In this document: in pieces, positions 25,304-35,679 of the stretch
Layout: every line of letters starts with the position of its first letter
How positions within the stretch are numbered: the stretch's first letter is position 1
Origin: Escherichia coli
GTDB lineage: Bacteria; Pseudomonadota; Gammaproteobacteria; Enterobacterales; Enterobacteriaceae
DNA: 64,000 nucleotides
NCBI RefSeq assembly: GCF_030013205.1
Contig: NZ_CP122649.1
Reading direction: 5' to 3' (one strand)
The notes under the pieces: generated by a model
What the model was told of the DNA's origin: nothing
Seen by the model: the letters and a program-made list of their open reading frames with translations, nothing else
Databases searched by the model: none
Program-made: the position numbers and the translations under genes

Positions 25304-26230
25304 ATGGAACTTCGCCAGTTACGTTATTTTGTCCGTATTGTGGAAACCGGCAGTATGGGCAGCGCGGCGCTTGATCTCGACATCGGTGTCTCAGCGCTCA
25401 GTCAACAGATGACAAGGCTGGAAAATGAACTCGCCATTCGTCTGTTGCAACGAACCTCGCGTGGTGTAACGCCAACTAACTCGGGTCTGGCCTTTTACTC
25501 ACAGGCACAGCTGGCGTTGCGTCATGCTGATGATGCCATTCTTGCTGCGCGCGATGCGCGTCTGTCCGGACACGTCAGCGTCGGTATGGCCCCCAGTACA
25601 GCCTCCGTCCTGGGTGTGCCGTTTATTCATGCCATGCGGGCACATTACGCCGACGTTCGCCTGCATGTGGTGGAAAGCCTGTCAGGTAATCTGGAACGGA
25701 TGATCAACACCCGTCAGATTGATCTGGCCGTTGTTTTTCGGAAAGAAAAGCACCTGCGCTGGAGCGCCAGGCCAGTTCTCGAAGAGCAGCTTTTTCTGAT
25801 TGGCACACATGATCTGCTGACGGATATTCCGGATGACACCATAACCCCTGCTCAACTGGCGAATATTCCCCTGATCATGCCAAGCTCAGGCCACGGCTTG
25901 CGCGGCCTACTGGAGGCTATTAGTCAGGAACACGGGCTGAAGGTTGATATCGCCACGGAAATTGACGGCCTGGCGTTACTGATGCGCGCCGTTGGCAGCG
26001 GACTCGGCGCAACATTACAACCCGGAGCAGCCATTTCGCATCTTGAGAGTGAATCATTAAGAGTGATCGGCATCCATAATCCCATACTCAGTCGCCCCAA
26101 TTTTCTGGTCAGCCTATCGGACGATGAACTCCCACCCGCCGCTCTTGCAGCCCGCGTGATACTTACAAAAGTCATGCGTAAACTTGTTGAAATCGGCCAT
26201 TGGCCGGGCGCAACCATTTACGCTCCCTAA
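25304..26230 (+). CDS. tcuR: LysR-family transcriptional regulator of the tricarballylate/citrate locus
   Basis: 308 aa with LysR HTH (MELRQLRYFVRIVETGSMGSAA...); immediately upstream of tcuABC. Confidence 0.8.
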   Translation: MELRQLRYFVRIVETGSMGSAALDLDIGVSALSQQMTRLENELAIRLLQRTSRGVTPTNSGLAFYSQAQLALRHADDAILAARDARLSGHVSVGMAPSTASVLGVPFIHAMRAHYADVRLHVVESLSGNLERMINTRQIDLAVVFRKEKHLRWSARPVLEEQLFLIGTHDLLTDIPDDTITPAQLANIPLIMPSSGHGLRGLLEAISQEHGLKVDIATEIDGLALLMRAVGSGLGATLQPGAAISHLESESLRVIGIHNPILSRPNFLVSLSDDELPPAALAARVILTKVMRKLVEIGHWPGATIYAP

Positions 26231-26327
26231 ACCCCCCTTTAGTTATTCGTTATAGCGCTTACACAACACATAAATATACACTTCATTTACAAATTTAACA
26301 GACAGTTAAAAGGTAGTGGAGTAGACG

Positions 26328-27729
26328 ATGGTTGATGTACTGGTGATTGGCGGTGGTAATGCCGCGCTATGCGCCGCCTTAACCGCTCGTGAGGCAGGAG
26401 CTTCCGTGCTGCTGTTAGAGGCTGCGCCTAGGGAATGGCGCGGCGGGAATTCCCAACACACGCGCAATTTACGCTGTATGCACGATGCACCACAGGATGT
26501 GCTGGTCGAGAGTTATCCCGAAGAGGAATTCTGGCAGGATCTCTGGCGTGTCACCGAAGGCAATACCAATGAAGCGTTGGCGCGCTTGGTGATTCGAACC
26601 TCTTCCCAGTGTCGTGACTGGATGCGTAAGCATGGGGTTAATTTTCAGCCTCCGCTTTCCGGCGCGCTGCATGTGGCGCGCACCAATGCCTTCTTCATGG
26701 GCGGTGGTAAAGCCCTCGTGAACGCCTATTACCGCAGTGCAGAAAAGCTGGGGGTACAGATTCGCTACAGCACGCCGGTACAGGCGCTTGAATTGCACAA
26801 CGGCAAATTCGTCGCAGCCCTGGCAGGTCACGAACGCATTGAGGCGAAAGCCTGCGTACTCGCCGCCGGCGGGTTTGAATCCAACCGTGAATGGCTACGC
26901 GACGCCTGGGGAGAGAACACTCGTGGCGAATGGCCAGCCGATAATTTCCTTATCCGCGGCACCCGCTTTAATCAGGGCGTCTTGCTCAAATTTATGATCA
27001 ATGCCGGGGCAGACATTATCGGTGATCCGTCTCAGTCCCACTGTGTGGCGATCGACGCACGGGCACCGTTGTACGACGGCGGAATTTGTACCCGCGTGGA
27101 TTGTGTCTCACTGGGTGTGGTAGTTAACCGGGATGCAGAACGCTTTTACGATGAAGGGGAAGATTTTTGGCCGAAACGCTATGCCATCTGGGGACGACTG
27201 GTTGCCCACCAACCGGGGCAGATTGGCTACTCCATTATCGACAGCAAAGCGATCGGTCACTTTATGCCGCCAGTTTTCCCCGGCGCACAGGCCAATACGC
27301 TAAGAGATCTGGCCCGCCAGTTGGGGCTGGATCCCGAACACTTTACCCACACCGTGGAACACTACAATCAGGCCTGTCAGCTGGGTCAGTTTGATCACAC
27401 TAAGCTGGACAACTGCGCGACGCAGGGCCTGACGCCACCGAAAACTCACTGGGCACGGCCTATTGATACCCCCCTACTACGGTTATGCCCTGCGACCAGG
27501 GATCACCTTTACCTATCTCGGACTGAAAGTGAATGAACACGCTGCGGTCCATTTCGCAGGCACGCCCAGCTGTAACCTTTTCGTTGCCGGTGAAATGATG
27601 GCTGGCAACGTACTGGGCAAGGGCTATACCGCCGGGGTCGGCATGTCCATTGGCACCACGTTTGGTCGCATCGCAGGTAAAGAAGCCGCGCAGGCAGCAC
27701 GCAAGGAGGCGCATCATGAAGCAGCTTGA
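26328..27729 (+). pseudogene. tcuA: FAD-dependent tricarballylate dehydrogenase TcuA, reading frame shifted near 27469-27474
   Basis: FAD-binding N-terminus VLVIGGGNAALCAALTA; C-terminal 88 aa continue in the +1 frame (track ORF 27463-27729) after a run of six C. Confidence 0.75.
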
Positions 27730-28855
27730 AAAGTTGATTATCGAGGCCAAAATTCTCACCGAACCAGAGGCTGAAGTCGAGCGGGTGATGCAGGTTTGTA
27801 ACGCATGTCGCTACTGTGAAGGATTTTGCGCCGTGTTCCCGGCAATGACTCAACGACTGGAATTTGGCAAAGCCGACATTAACTATCTGGCAAACCTGTG
27901 CCATAACTGCGGCGCTTGCCTGCACGCCTGCCAGTATGCTCCACCCCATGAGTTTGCGATCAACGTGCCGAAAGCAATGGCGGAAGTGCGTCTGGAAACG
28001 TATCAACACTACGCGCAACCGGCGGCCTTCGGAGCGCTGTATCGCCAGGCTGGCGTTACCGTGACGCTGGCACTGGTCTTTAGTCTGATCCTCTTTTTAC
28101 TCCTCGCGATGGGGCTAAAGGGATCGCTACTCCATCCGCCGCTGGCCGGTGATTTCTACCAAATCTTCCCGCACAACCTGCTGGCATGGATGTTTGGATC
28201 GGTTTTCATGCTGGCGATCGGTTTACTAATGGCAGGGGTGATCCGCTTCTGGCGCGAGATCTCTCCCGTCGGGCCGCGTCCGGCGGAAATTGCCGAAGCG
28301 TCGCACAACGCGCTGACGCTGAAATACCTCGACGGCGGACATGGAAAAGGCTGCAACGAGGCGGACGATGCTTTCACATTGATGCGTCGTCGTTTCCACC
28401 ATTTCACCTTCTACGGCTTTATGCTCTGTTTCGCCGCGACCGTGGTGGCGACGGGTTACCACTACTTCGCCGGCTGGGAAGCCCCCTACCCGTTCTTCAG
28501 CGTGCCGGTCATGCTTGGCACGCTCGGAGGAATCGGTTTAATTGTCGGCCCGGCAGGCCTGCTGTGGTTAAACCTTAAGCGCTCGTCACTGCATGGCGAC
28601 GCGCGACAGAAACCGATGGATCGCGGTTTTATTTTACTGCTGCTCCTGACCAGCCTGACCGGTATAGGTTTGCTGGCGGGAAGAGACACCTCATGGATGG
28701 GGATCCTGCTTGCCATCCATCTTGGTGTGGTCATGGCGCTTTTTTTGACCATTCCATACGGAAAATTTGCCCACGGATTTTACCGCTGCGCGTCTTTACT
28801 CAAATGGGCGATTGAGAAGCGACGTGGAAAACAGGCGGGGGTCGCAGGCGACTAA
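27716..28855 (+). CDS. tcuB: TcuB (membrane iron-sulfur protein; plasmid CitB homolog)
   Basis: 379-aa product [42 protein letters not shown]... with Cys clusters and TM segments. Confidence 0.8.
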   Translation: MKQLEKLIIEAKILTEPEAEVERVMQVCNACRYCEGFCAVFPAMTQRLEFGKADINYLANLCHNCGACLHACQYAPPHEFAINVPKAMAEVRLETYQHYAQPAAFGALYRQAGVTVTLALVFSLILFLLLAMGLKGSLLHPPLAGDFYQIFPHNLLAWMFGSVFMLAIGLLMAGVIRFWREISPVGPRPAEIAEASHNALTLKYLDGGHGKGCNEADDAFTLMRRRFHHFTFYGFMLCFAATVVATGYHYFAGWEAPYPFFSVPVMLGTLGGIGLIVGPAGLLWLNLKRSSLHGDARQKPMDRGFILLLLLTSLTGIGLLAGRDTSWMGILLAIHLGVVMALFLTIPYGKFAHGFYRCASLLKWAIEKRRGKQAGVAGD

Positions 28856-28909
28856 CCCGCAAACTCTTACCTCTATACATAATTATGATAAGACAGTGGA
28901 GCAACTTCA

Positions 28910-30205
28910 ATGACTCAACAACCATCGCGCGCTGGCACGTTCGGCGCAATACTGCGTGTGACCAGCGGTAATTTTCTCGAACAGTTCGATTTTTTCCTGT
29001 TTGGTTTTTACGCCACTTATATCGCAAAGACGTTTTTTCCTGCCGAAAGTGAGTTTGCCGCATTAATGCTTACTTTTGCCGTTTTTGGCTCCGGATTTTT
29101 AATGCGCCCTATCGGGGCCGTGGTGTTGGGCGCATATATCGACAGGATCGGCCGACGGAAAGGGCTGATGATCACCCTGGCGATTATGGGCTGCGGCACG
29201 TTGCTCATCGCCCTCGTGCCGGGTTATCAGACTATCGGCCTGCTGGCTCCCGTGCTGGTCCTGGTGGGGCGTCTGCTACAGGGATTTTCTGCTGGCGTCG
29301 AACTGGGCGGCGTCTCTGTTTATCTTTCTGAGATCGCCACGCCAGGCAATAAAGGCTTTTACACCAGTTGGCAATCGGCCAGCCAGCAGGTGGCGATTGT
29401 CGTCGCAGCGCTGATCGGCTACGGTCTGAATGTCACGCTGGGACACGATGAAATCTCCGAATGGGGTTGGCGAATCCCGTTCTTCATTGGCTGCATGATT
29501 ATTCCGCTGATTTTTGTTCTTCGACGTTCGCTACAGGAAACTGAAGCCTTTTTACAACGTAAACACCGTCCGGACACCCGGGAAATTTTTACCACCATTG
29601 CTAAAAACTGGCGCATCATCACCGCGGGTACCCTGCTGGTGGCGATGACGACCACGACCTTTTATTTTATTACTGTCTATACCCCCACTTACGGGAGAAC
29701 GGTGTTGAACCTGAGCGCACGTGACAGCCTAGTAGTCACCATGCTGGTAGGGATTTCTAACTTCATCTGGCTGCCGATTGGCGGCGCTATCTCTGATCGG
29801 ATCGGGCGACGCCCGGTGCTGATGGGCATCACCTTGCTCGCCCTCGTCACCACCTTGCCGGTGATGAACTGGCTTACCGCTGCCCCTGACTTCACCCGCA
29901 TGACGCTGGTGCTGCTCTGGTTCTCGTTCTTTTTTGGCATGTATAACGGCGCGATGGTGGCGGCCCTGACTGAAGTGATGCCGGTTTATGTCCGAACTGT
30001 GGGTTTTTCGCTGGCCTTTAGTCTCGCCACGGCGATTTTCGGCGGCCTGACACCAGCCATCTCCACCGCATTGGTCCAGTTGACTGGAGATAAAAGTTCT
30101 CCTGGATGGTGGCTAATGTGCGCTGCGCTGTGCGGACTCGCTGCGACGACAATGCTGTTTGCTCGTCTCAGTAGTGGTTATCAGACAGTAGAGAATAAGC
30201 TCTGA
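28910..30205 (+). CDS. tcuC: citrate/tricarballylate-proton symporter (MFS; TcuC/CitA)
   Basis: 431-aa MFS product [43 protein letters not shown]... Confidence 0.85.
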
Positions 30206-30210
30206 AACGC

Positions 30211-30245
30211 AAGCAGGCAGAGAAATATCTCTGCCTGCTTTCTCC
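30211..30245 (+). terminator. rho-independent terminator after tcuC
   Basis: Perfect stem AAGCAGGCAGAG / CTCTGCCTGCTT followed by TCTCC. Confidence 0.7.
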
Positions 30246-30601
30246 AGTGCGCCGTAAAACCGTGGCCACCGTGACACGGGAGTTACGTAACCGGGCTATA
30301 TGCCAACACTTCAGTGAGTTCGCCGGTGCATCGATGACTGGTTATGCCAGCAATGTTCAGAGGGAAGAATAATAATTGCGCAGGTAACGTAATATTCTCT
30401 TCAGAGATATATCATTTATGAATGAATAAGCTAAGTACTACCGCCTCCGGATGTGGATAAACATGTTCTGTGGCCCTGACAAAGCCTCAGAAGCGCCCCA
30501 CGGCATTTTCAGCAGTTTACAGTACCCGGGGTATCACTATGAGCCGTTTAAGCCAGCACCGGGTAATCGGCTAAATCCAAATTTACTCGATTTAGTTACC
30601 G

Positions 30602-30931
30602 ATGGTTTCGCCTCGAAGATCTGCATCCCTGACTCTACGTTGTCATGGTATTCGACAGGAAAACTATAATGATGCATCTATAGTTGCGATTTTAAACTCA
30701 ACTCAGTTAATGACTCTCATCGTCTCACCGAATCTTCTATCTGAGCTGAAAAATCTATCCATTCAGGAAGGATACATGCTAAAAATAGAAAATGTACTGC
30801 CGCCAAATTTTAGAGTATTCCTGGTCCGCGAAGGTTTCATTTTCCCGGGCGAATCATGGGTGTGTGGTTCCGGGTACTGGTTGCCTGAAAGTGAAGTACT
30901 CAAAAACGGAATCAACTCATTGCTTGTTTAA
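30602..30931 (+). CDS. hypothetical small protein (likely start at internal ATG near 30776, about 51 aa)
   Basis: Track ORF; internal ATG preceded by AGGAAGG; 30-bp gap to the next ORF. Confidence 0.3.
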   Translation: MVSPRRSASLTLRCHGIRQENYNDASIVAILNSTQLMTLIVSPNLLSELKNLSIQEGYMLKIENVLPPNFRVFLVREGFIFPGESWVCGSGYWLPESEVLKNGINSLLV

Positions 30932-30964
30932 TTAGCCGTTCCATCATACCGGAGACATTCTTTC

Positions 30965-31390
30965 ATGACTGACCAGGCCTCTATTCCCGTTGATACTCCA
31001 GTTCTGGCACTCGCAACTGATGCTTATTCATCACTAAAAAATATCCTCAATGACAATGGGACAAGCGACACCACAGGAACATGCATGTTCGCCAGTCTGC
31101 TGGTTTGTGAATTTGCGCACCGCAGAGGTATGTCCGCAGCTGTGCGAGGCGGGAACGGAACAGATGATGGTGGTATTTTCAATGAGTCTGGCGGGCACGG
31201 CCATTACTGGTGTGAGGTAAGTGCCGGTGAAATGATTTTTTATATCGATATTGCGGCCGAGCAGTTCGGCTACCCTTCGTTTATCATCAAAAATGCAAAT
31301 GACGTGTCAGGGTGGCCGCGATATATCCCCGGCGACCAGGTTACAGTAGATGAACACGTCAGGATTACGTTGTCTGGAGGCATTAGATAG
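30965..31390 (+). CDS. hypothetical protein, 141 aa
   Basis: ORF with GGAGA RBS; Cys/His-containing (TGTCMF..., GGHGHYWCEV); no family recognised. Confidence 0.5.
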   Translation: MTDQASIPVDTPVLALATDAYSSLKNILNDNGTSDTTGTCMFASLLVCEFAHRRGMSAAVRGGNGTDDGGIFNESGGHGHYWCEVSAGEMIFYIDIAAEQFGYPSFIIKNANDVSGWPRYIPGDQVTVDEHVRITLSGGIR

Positions 31391-31591
31391 TCCAGCCTTG
31401 TTTAACCAGTGAAGCCTAGAATATTGAGATTCAGCCAGGAATAAGGCTGACAACATCATAATTACTGTTAATTAAATGATAGACATTTAGAGTCAAACAT
31501 CCAAGATTTAAAAGCGGCGTCACAGAACTATTAAGGAATGAATTTTTTTACCCTTAAACAAAACCACCGCTTCAGAATGGATAGGCGAATC

Positions 31592-31813
31592 TTACATTAC
31601 AGGAGTTTTTTTCCAGCTGCCAATTTGTTCATGAATCTGCCTTTCAATTCTTTCCACATGAGCTAATAGCTCAGTGTAACCAGGCAGATTGGCGCCAATA
31701 TCACCTTCCCACTGACGGGTTAGCAGGCGGACTTTATCTTTTAGTGTTGAAAGCTGAGTGAGTTGCTTTTTGGCAATCACAATCTCTTCAGAGTATAAAT
31801 TCTTCTTTGGCAT
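31592..31813 (-). CDS. hypothetical protein, 73 aa
   Basis: Track ORF; predicted helical small protein. Confidence 0.35.
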   Translation of the reverse strand: MPKKNLYSEEIVIAKKQLTQLSTLKDKVRLLTRQWEGDIGANLPGYTELLAHVERIERQIHEQIGSWKKTPVM

Positions 31814-31953
31814 ACATTATAAAATTTAACTTAGGTAATGAAGCCTACCTTTTAACACAACCTCGCTTTATTGCAACATTTAATTACATTTACATTCCAC
31901 AGGAACTATAAATTGACCAATATCCAGCACTGCTCCCGTGATTTAGGTTAGCA

Positions 31954-32382
31954 TCATTCCCGGAGTGCAGAGGGATCTTGCAGAGTTTCCGTAAGACGCA
32001 TTTGCAGGTCAGCGACCTCATCCTGAATGCCTTTGAGCTCCGACTGACGGATAATTTCATGGTCGGGCTGATATTCAAACAACGCGAGGAAATCGGCCGT
32101 CAGAAACCGATGCTCATTCAGTCTCTTGTCTTTCGTTGATTTTGAACCGTTCTCAGCGACGATTTCAACGCTTACCCATTCCCCGTAATGCCGGGGGTGA
32201 GCGCGAAGGATGACGGTATGCAGATTGTTATCCACGTACCGCAACGAGTTAATGAGGAGAGTGTCCCCGGCCACAATCGCCTCAGCCGGAATATCGACGA
32301 GCGCAGACCAATACTGCCCTGCCAGCAGAGAATGAAATCGTTCAAGGCGATCGATATTATTTTTACTGACCAGGTCCCCCAT
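31954..32382 (-). CDS. hypothetical protein, 142 aa
   Basis: Track ORF; no recognised motif. Confidence 0.45.
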   Translation of the reverse strand: MGDLVSKNNIDRLERFHSLLAGQYWSALVDIPAEAIVAGDTLLINSLRYVDNNLHTVILRAHPRHYGEWVSVEIVAENGSKSTKDKRLNEHRFLTADFLALFEYQPDHEIIRQSELKGIQDEVADLQMRLTETLQDPSALRE

Positions 32383-32657
32383 AAACTATACCTTCCGAAT
32401 TTGTTTGTTATAAACATCATACCATATTGGCTGTTCACCCAAATAACCTGGCATGCGGAAACAGGTGATTCATTTAAAACAGAGCCTGTCCATTTTAAAT
32501 GGTGGAATCCAGCAAATTAAATACAGCCATTATCAAACGAGTTGAGGATTAAAGCATGTATTGCAGGAGTATGGATTTAATTGCCCATTAAGCCACGCGC
32601 CTTTAAAGACATAGACCTAATGAGCGTTTTGTATTATAAATCTCACGCAAATTTATG

Positions 32658-33011
32658 TTATTTATTTGGCTGAACTATTTCCCAGTATCTTTCATAAACA
32701 CTGAACTGGCATTTAGATATGTCATCTGAAGAGGATCTTGTTCGTGTAACAAATGCTTCTATTGTATCTTCTGATTGTTTAGATAGTTTATCACCTGGTT
32801 GTTTGTGAAGAATCATTAGTAATGTTTCAGTAGCTTTCTTTCTCATCTCCACTGGATCAGTTAAACCACCAGCATCTATGCACATGTTTGAAGTAACTGC
32901 GTCGTACCCTAAATAAGGTATTGGGTCCCTTTTTATATTCTGCTTATCGCTGGCATGAACAGAAAATACCAATGAAATTATTCCTGCCAATACAATGTTT
33001 TTAATTTTCAT
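32658..33011 (-). CDS. hypothetical secreted protein (signal peptide)
   Basis: Start at MKIKNIVLAGIISLVFSVHA with GGAG RBS; the track ORF extends 10 codons upstream. Confidence 0.5.
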   Translation of the reverse strand: MKIKNIVLAGIISLVFSVHASDKQNIKRDPIPYLGYDAVTSNMCIDAGGLTDPVEMRKKATETLLMILHKQPGDKLSKQSEDTIEAFVTRTRSSSDDISKCQFSVYERYWEIVQPNK

Positions 33012-33158
33012 ATGTTTCTCCATTACTATCACCAAGTTCAAAACATAATTTTTATATCACAAATCTTTCTAAGCAATAAACAGCTAATTCCTGTTGTGAA
33101 GCATCATTTTTCATCCCGGCGTACAAATGACACCGGGAACAGAATCCGTCAGGAATTT

Positions 33159-33773
33159 TCAAGGCATAGATAAATTGTTATCACACCAATATTGATGCAG
33201 GCCTGCAATCCATACTTTCGAGACTGCCGACAGCGTCTGCGCCAGATCACGCATACATTCAGGTGTGAATAACCGGACTGGCTCCCCCATACCGTCACTC
33301 GCAGTGATGATGTGCTCCAGGATGTTCCCGTGACATAAATTGTGCCGAACCCTCACGATTTCCGCATAGGGTAGTTTCGGGGCGCCGTCCGCAATCTTGG
33401 TCAGCAGATCCTGCTCGTCGGGAAAGGCCAGCAGTGTCACCGGCATACCGGCCTGGTGAGCCCTTCTTAGCAGAGCATTACTGAGTGTGGCCATATCGCT
33501 TAAGTCCACCAGCGGTGTTGGTGCCTGCGGTTGTGCCTGCGACGCCTTCAGCTTCATCGTCACCCTCAGTGAGGTCTCAATCCCGTTCAGGAAAGTCGTA
33601 CAGGCGGCTAGCCACAACTCACCGTGAATGGCCCGGGTAGCCTGGTCAAAGAACCAGTCAATCGCAGCTGTCGTTCGGTACGCCCTGTATGCCTCCAGTT
33701 CCCGTAACTGTGCCAGGTACTTCTCGCACGCCTCTGCGTCTACCGGATCGTTATCGTCGGTATCGATAGCCAT
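33159..33773 (-). CDS. hypothetical protein, 204 aa
   Basis: Track ORF, higher GC than neighbours; no recognised motif. Confidence 0.45.
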   Translation of the reverse strand: MAIDTDDNDPVDAEACEKYLAQLRELEAYRAYRTTAAIDWFFDQATRAIHGELWLAACTTFLNGIETSLRVTMKLKASQAQPQAPTPLVDLSDMATLSNALLRRAHQAGMPVTLLAFPDEQDLLTKIADGAPKLPYAEIVRVRHNLCHGNILEHIITASDGMGEPVRLFTPECMRDLAQTLSAVSKVWIAGLHQYWCDNNLSMP

Positions 33774-33912
33774 AGGGAATTCCTGTTGTCATGTTCGTGA
33801 ATGAAAATCCGCTGAACCATATCATACCGTTACATAAATTACGGCTTAGTGCCGGGATATCTTTCCCGAATGCTGAGCCATTGAAATTTGATCTTTTCTC
33901 TTTATCTGGTAA

Positions 33913-33932
33913 TACTGGTTAAATATCCAGTA
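33913..33932 (+). promoter_or_regulatory. LexA (SOS) box upstream of umuD-like gene
   Basis: TACTGGTTAAATATCCAGTA fits the CTG-N10-CAG consensus, about 20 bp before the ATG. Confidence 0.7.
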
Positions 33933-33950
33933 TTGAATCCGAGTGTGCTC

Positions 33951-34385
33951 ATGTCTGTATTCCCTGAACGTTTTGCATCCCCTCCTCGTGATACAACCCC
34001 TTTTTTCAGTGACCTACTGAGTTGCGGGGTGATGAGTCCGTGCGCCGGACACGAAGACAATGAGCTGAATTTACATGATTTTGTGGTTCGTAATCGCCCC
34101 GCGACTTTCTTTGTCAGGGCCTCAGGTCTCAGCATGGTAGACGCCGGAATAAACGACGGCGCCATACTGGTTGTGGATCGGTCACTGACTGCGGAGCACG
34201 GCTCAATCGTCGTTGCGCTGGTTGACGGCGAGTTTACCGTGAAGATTTTGCAGACCTTCCCGAAACTGATGTTGATGCCCTCCAACCCCGCCTTCAAGCC
34301 GATACCTGTTAACCCGGACACTCTTGAAATCTGGGGCGTTGTCACCTTTGCGTTGAATCAGTTTCCTCATGTACATGCACGTTGA
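33951..34385 (+). CDS. umuD: UmuD/MucA-family SOS mutagenesis protein (S24 LexA-like peptidase)
   Basis: Cleavage-site CG, Ser (ASGLSMVDAGI) and Lys (EFTVKIL) dyad conserved; the track ORF has an upstream extension. Confidence 0.8.
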   Translation: MSVFPERFASPPRDTTPFFSDLLSCGVMSPCAGHEDNELNLHDFVVRNRPATFFVRASGLSMVDAGINDGAILVVDRSLTAEHGSIVVALVDGEFTVKILQTFPKLMLMPSNPAFKPIPVNPDTLEIWGVVTFALNQFPHVHAR

Positions 34386-35628
34386 TATCAATGGAGCCTA
34401 CGCGGCATTTGAATGCGCCATGGACCCCAAACTTGCCAAATCCCCGCTCATCATCGCGAGCAACAACGATGCCACCATTATCGCCATGAACAGGCTCGCC
34501 AAAAATACAGGGCTCAAACGCGGGATGCCTATCTTCAAATGCCGGGATCTGATTGAGCAGCATCATATTGCGGTACGGAGCTCCAACTTTACGTTGTACG
34601 AAGATTATTCCAACCGGTTTCATGAAACGCTGGAGGGGTTTGCCGAGGATACCGATCGTTACAGCGTGGATGAAAGCTTCATGCTACTGAAAAACATGGA
34701 CAAAATAGTAGATTTTGAAGAGTACGGATGCCTGATCAGACGAACGCTGCTACACAATCTTTCGCTCACCTGCGGGATTGGAGTATCGACCACGAAAACG
34801 CTCGCAAAATTATGCACCTACGCCAGTAAGCGATGGGCAGCAACTGGTGGTGTGGTCGTCCTTACAGACCCATTCCGAATTAAAAAACTGCTGAGTCTCA
34901 TCAGTACCCGGGAAATCTGGGGCATTGGCCGCAAAATCAGTGAGCGGCTGGCTGCGTACGGGATCATCACGGCCTGCGACTTTTATGACAGCGATGTGCG
35001 GTTTTTACGAAAGGCATTCGGTGTTGAAATGGAACGTACCTGGCGGGAGCTGCATGGCGAGTCCTGTTTCCGGTTGCATGAATCCCCTCCTGTCAGACAA
35101 CAAATTATCGTCTCACGGAGCTTTGGCCAGCGCCTTAATACATTCAGCAAGATGCATGAGGCAGTGTCATTCTTTACCGGCCGTGCCGCTGAACAGCTTC
35201 GAAACGATGGCTCCTGGACTCGCCAAATCACCGTGTTTATCCAGAGCAGCCCGTTTGCCAGAGCTGAAACCCGGTACAGCAGCTGCGGTATTGAGCCGCT
35301 TACTGCGACGCAGGACACCCGCGACCTGGTCAGTGCGGCAGGCGCCATACTGACCCGAATCTACAAACCCGGCATAGATTATGCGAAGGCGGGCGTGATG
35401 CTTTCGTCAATGACCGATGGCACTGAGCAGCTATCCCTGTTCGATGAACGTCCCGCCAGGCGAGGCAGTGAAGCACTGATGAAGGTGATGGATCGGTTTA
35501 ACAAAGAGCATCGAGGTTCTCTGTTTCTGGCTTGCGAAGGGATTCATCAGGATTTCCGGGGGAAGCAGGCCATGCTGTCCCCACGGTATACCACTCGCTG
35601 GAATGAGTTACTTGTCGTCAAAGCCTGA
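34369..35628 (+). CDS. umuC: UmuC/MucB-family Y-family DNA polymerase subunit
   Basis: 419 aa; N-terminus HVDINGAYAAFEC...IIASNNDATIIA...YSVDESF parallels the UmuC catalytic motifs but is divergent; overlaps umuD 3' end. Confidence 0.8.
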   Translation: MYMHVDINGAYAAFECAMDPKLAKSPLIIASNNDATIIAMNRLAKNTGLKRGMPIFKCRDLIEQHHIAVRSSNFTLYEDYSNRFHETLEGFAEDTDRYSVDESFMLLKNMDKIVDFEEYGCLIRRTLLHNLSLTCGIGVSTTKTLAKLCTYASKRWAATGGVVVLTDPFRIKKLLSLISTREIWGIGRKISERLAAYGIITACDFYDSDVRFLRKAFGVEMERTWRELHGESCFRLHESPPVRQQIIVSRSFGQRLNTFSKMHEAVSFFTGRAAEQLRNDGSWTRQITVFIQSSPFARAETRYSSCGIEPLTATQDTRDLVSAAGAILTRIYKPGIDYAKAGVMLSSMTDGTEQLSLFDERPARRGSEALMKVMDRFNKEHRGSLFLACEGIHQDFRGKQAMLSPRYTTRWNELLVVKA

Positions 35629-35679
35629 CGTTCATGCCGGTGTTACCCGGCATGGCCAGTTTCGGAAGGAAAAGTAACT

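Noticed and set aside
27463-27729. Separate 88-aa gene downstream of tcuA
   Set aside because: It is the C-terminal portion of TcuA in a shifted frame, not an independent gene.
30451-30669. 72-aa ORF upstream of the small-gene pair
   Set aside because: No RBS, and it overlaps the next ORF in another frame.
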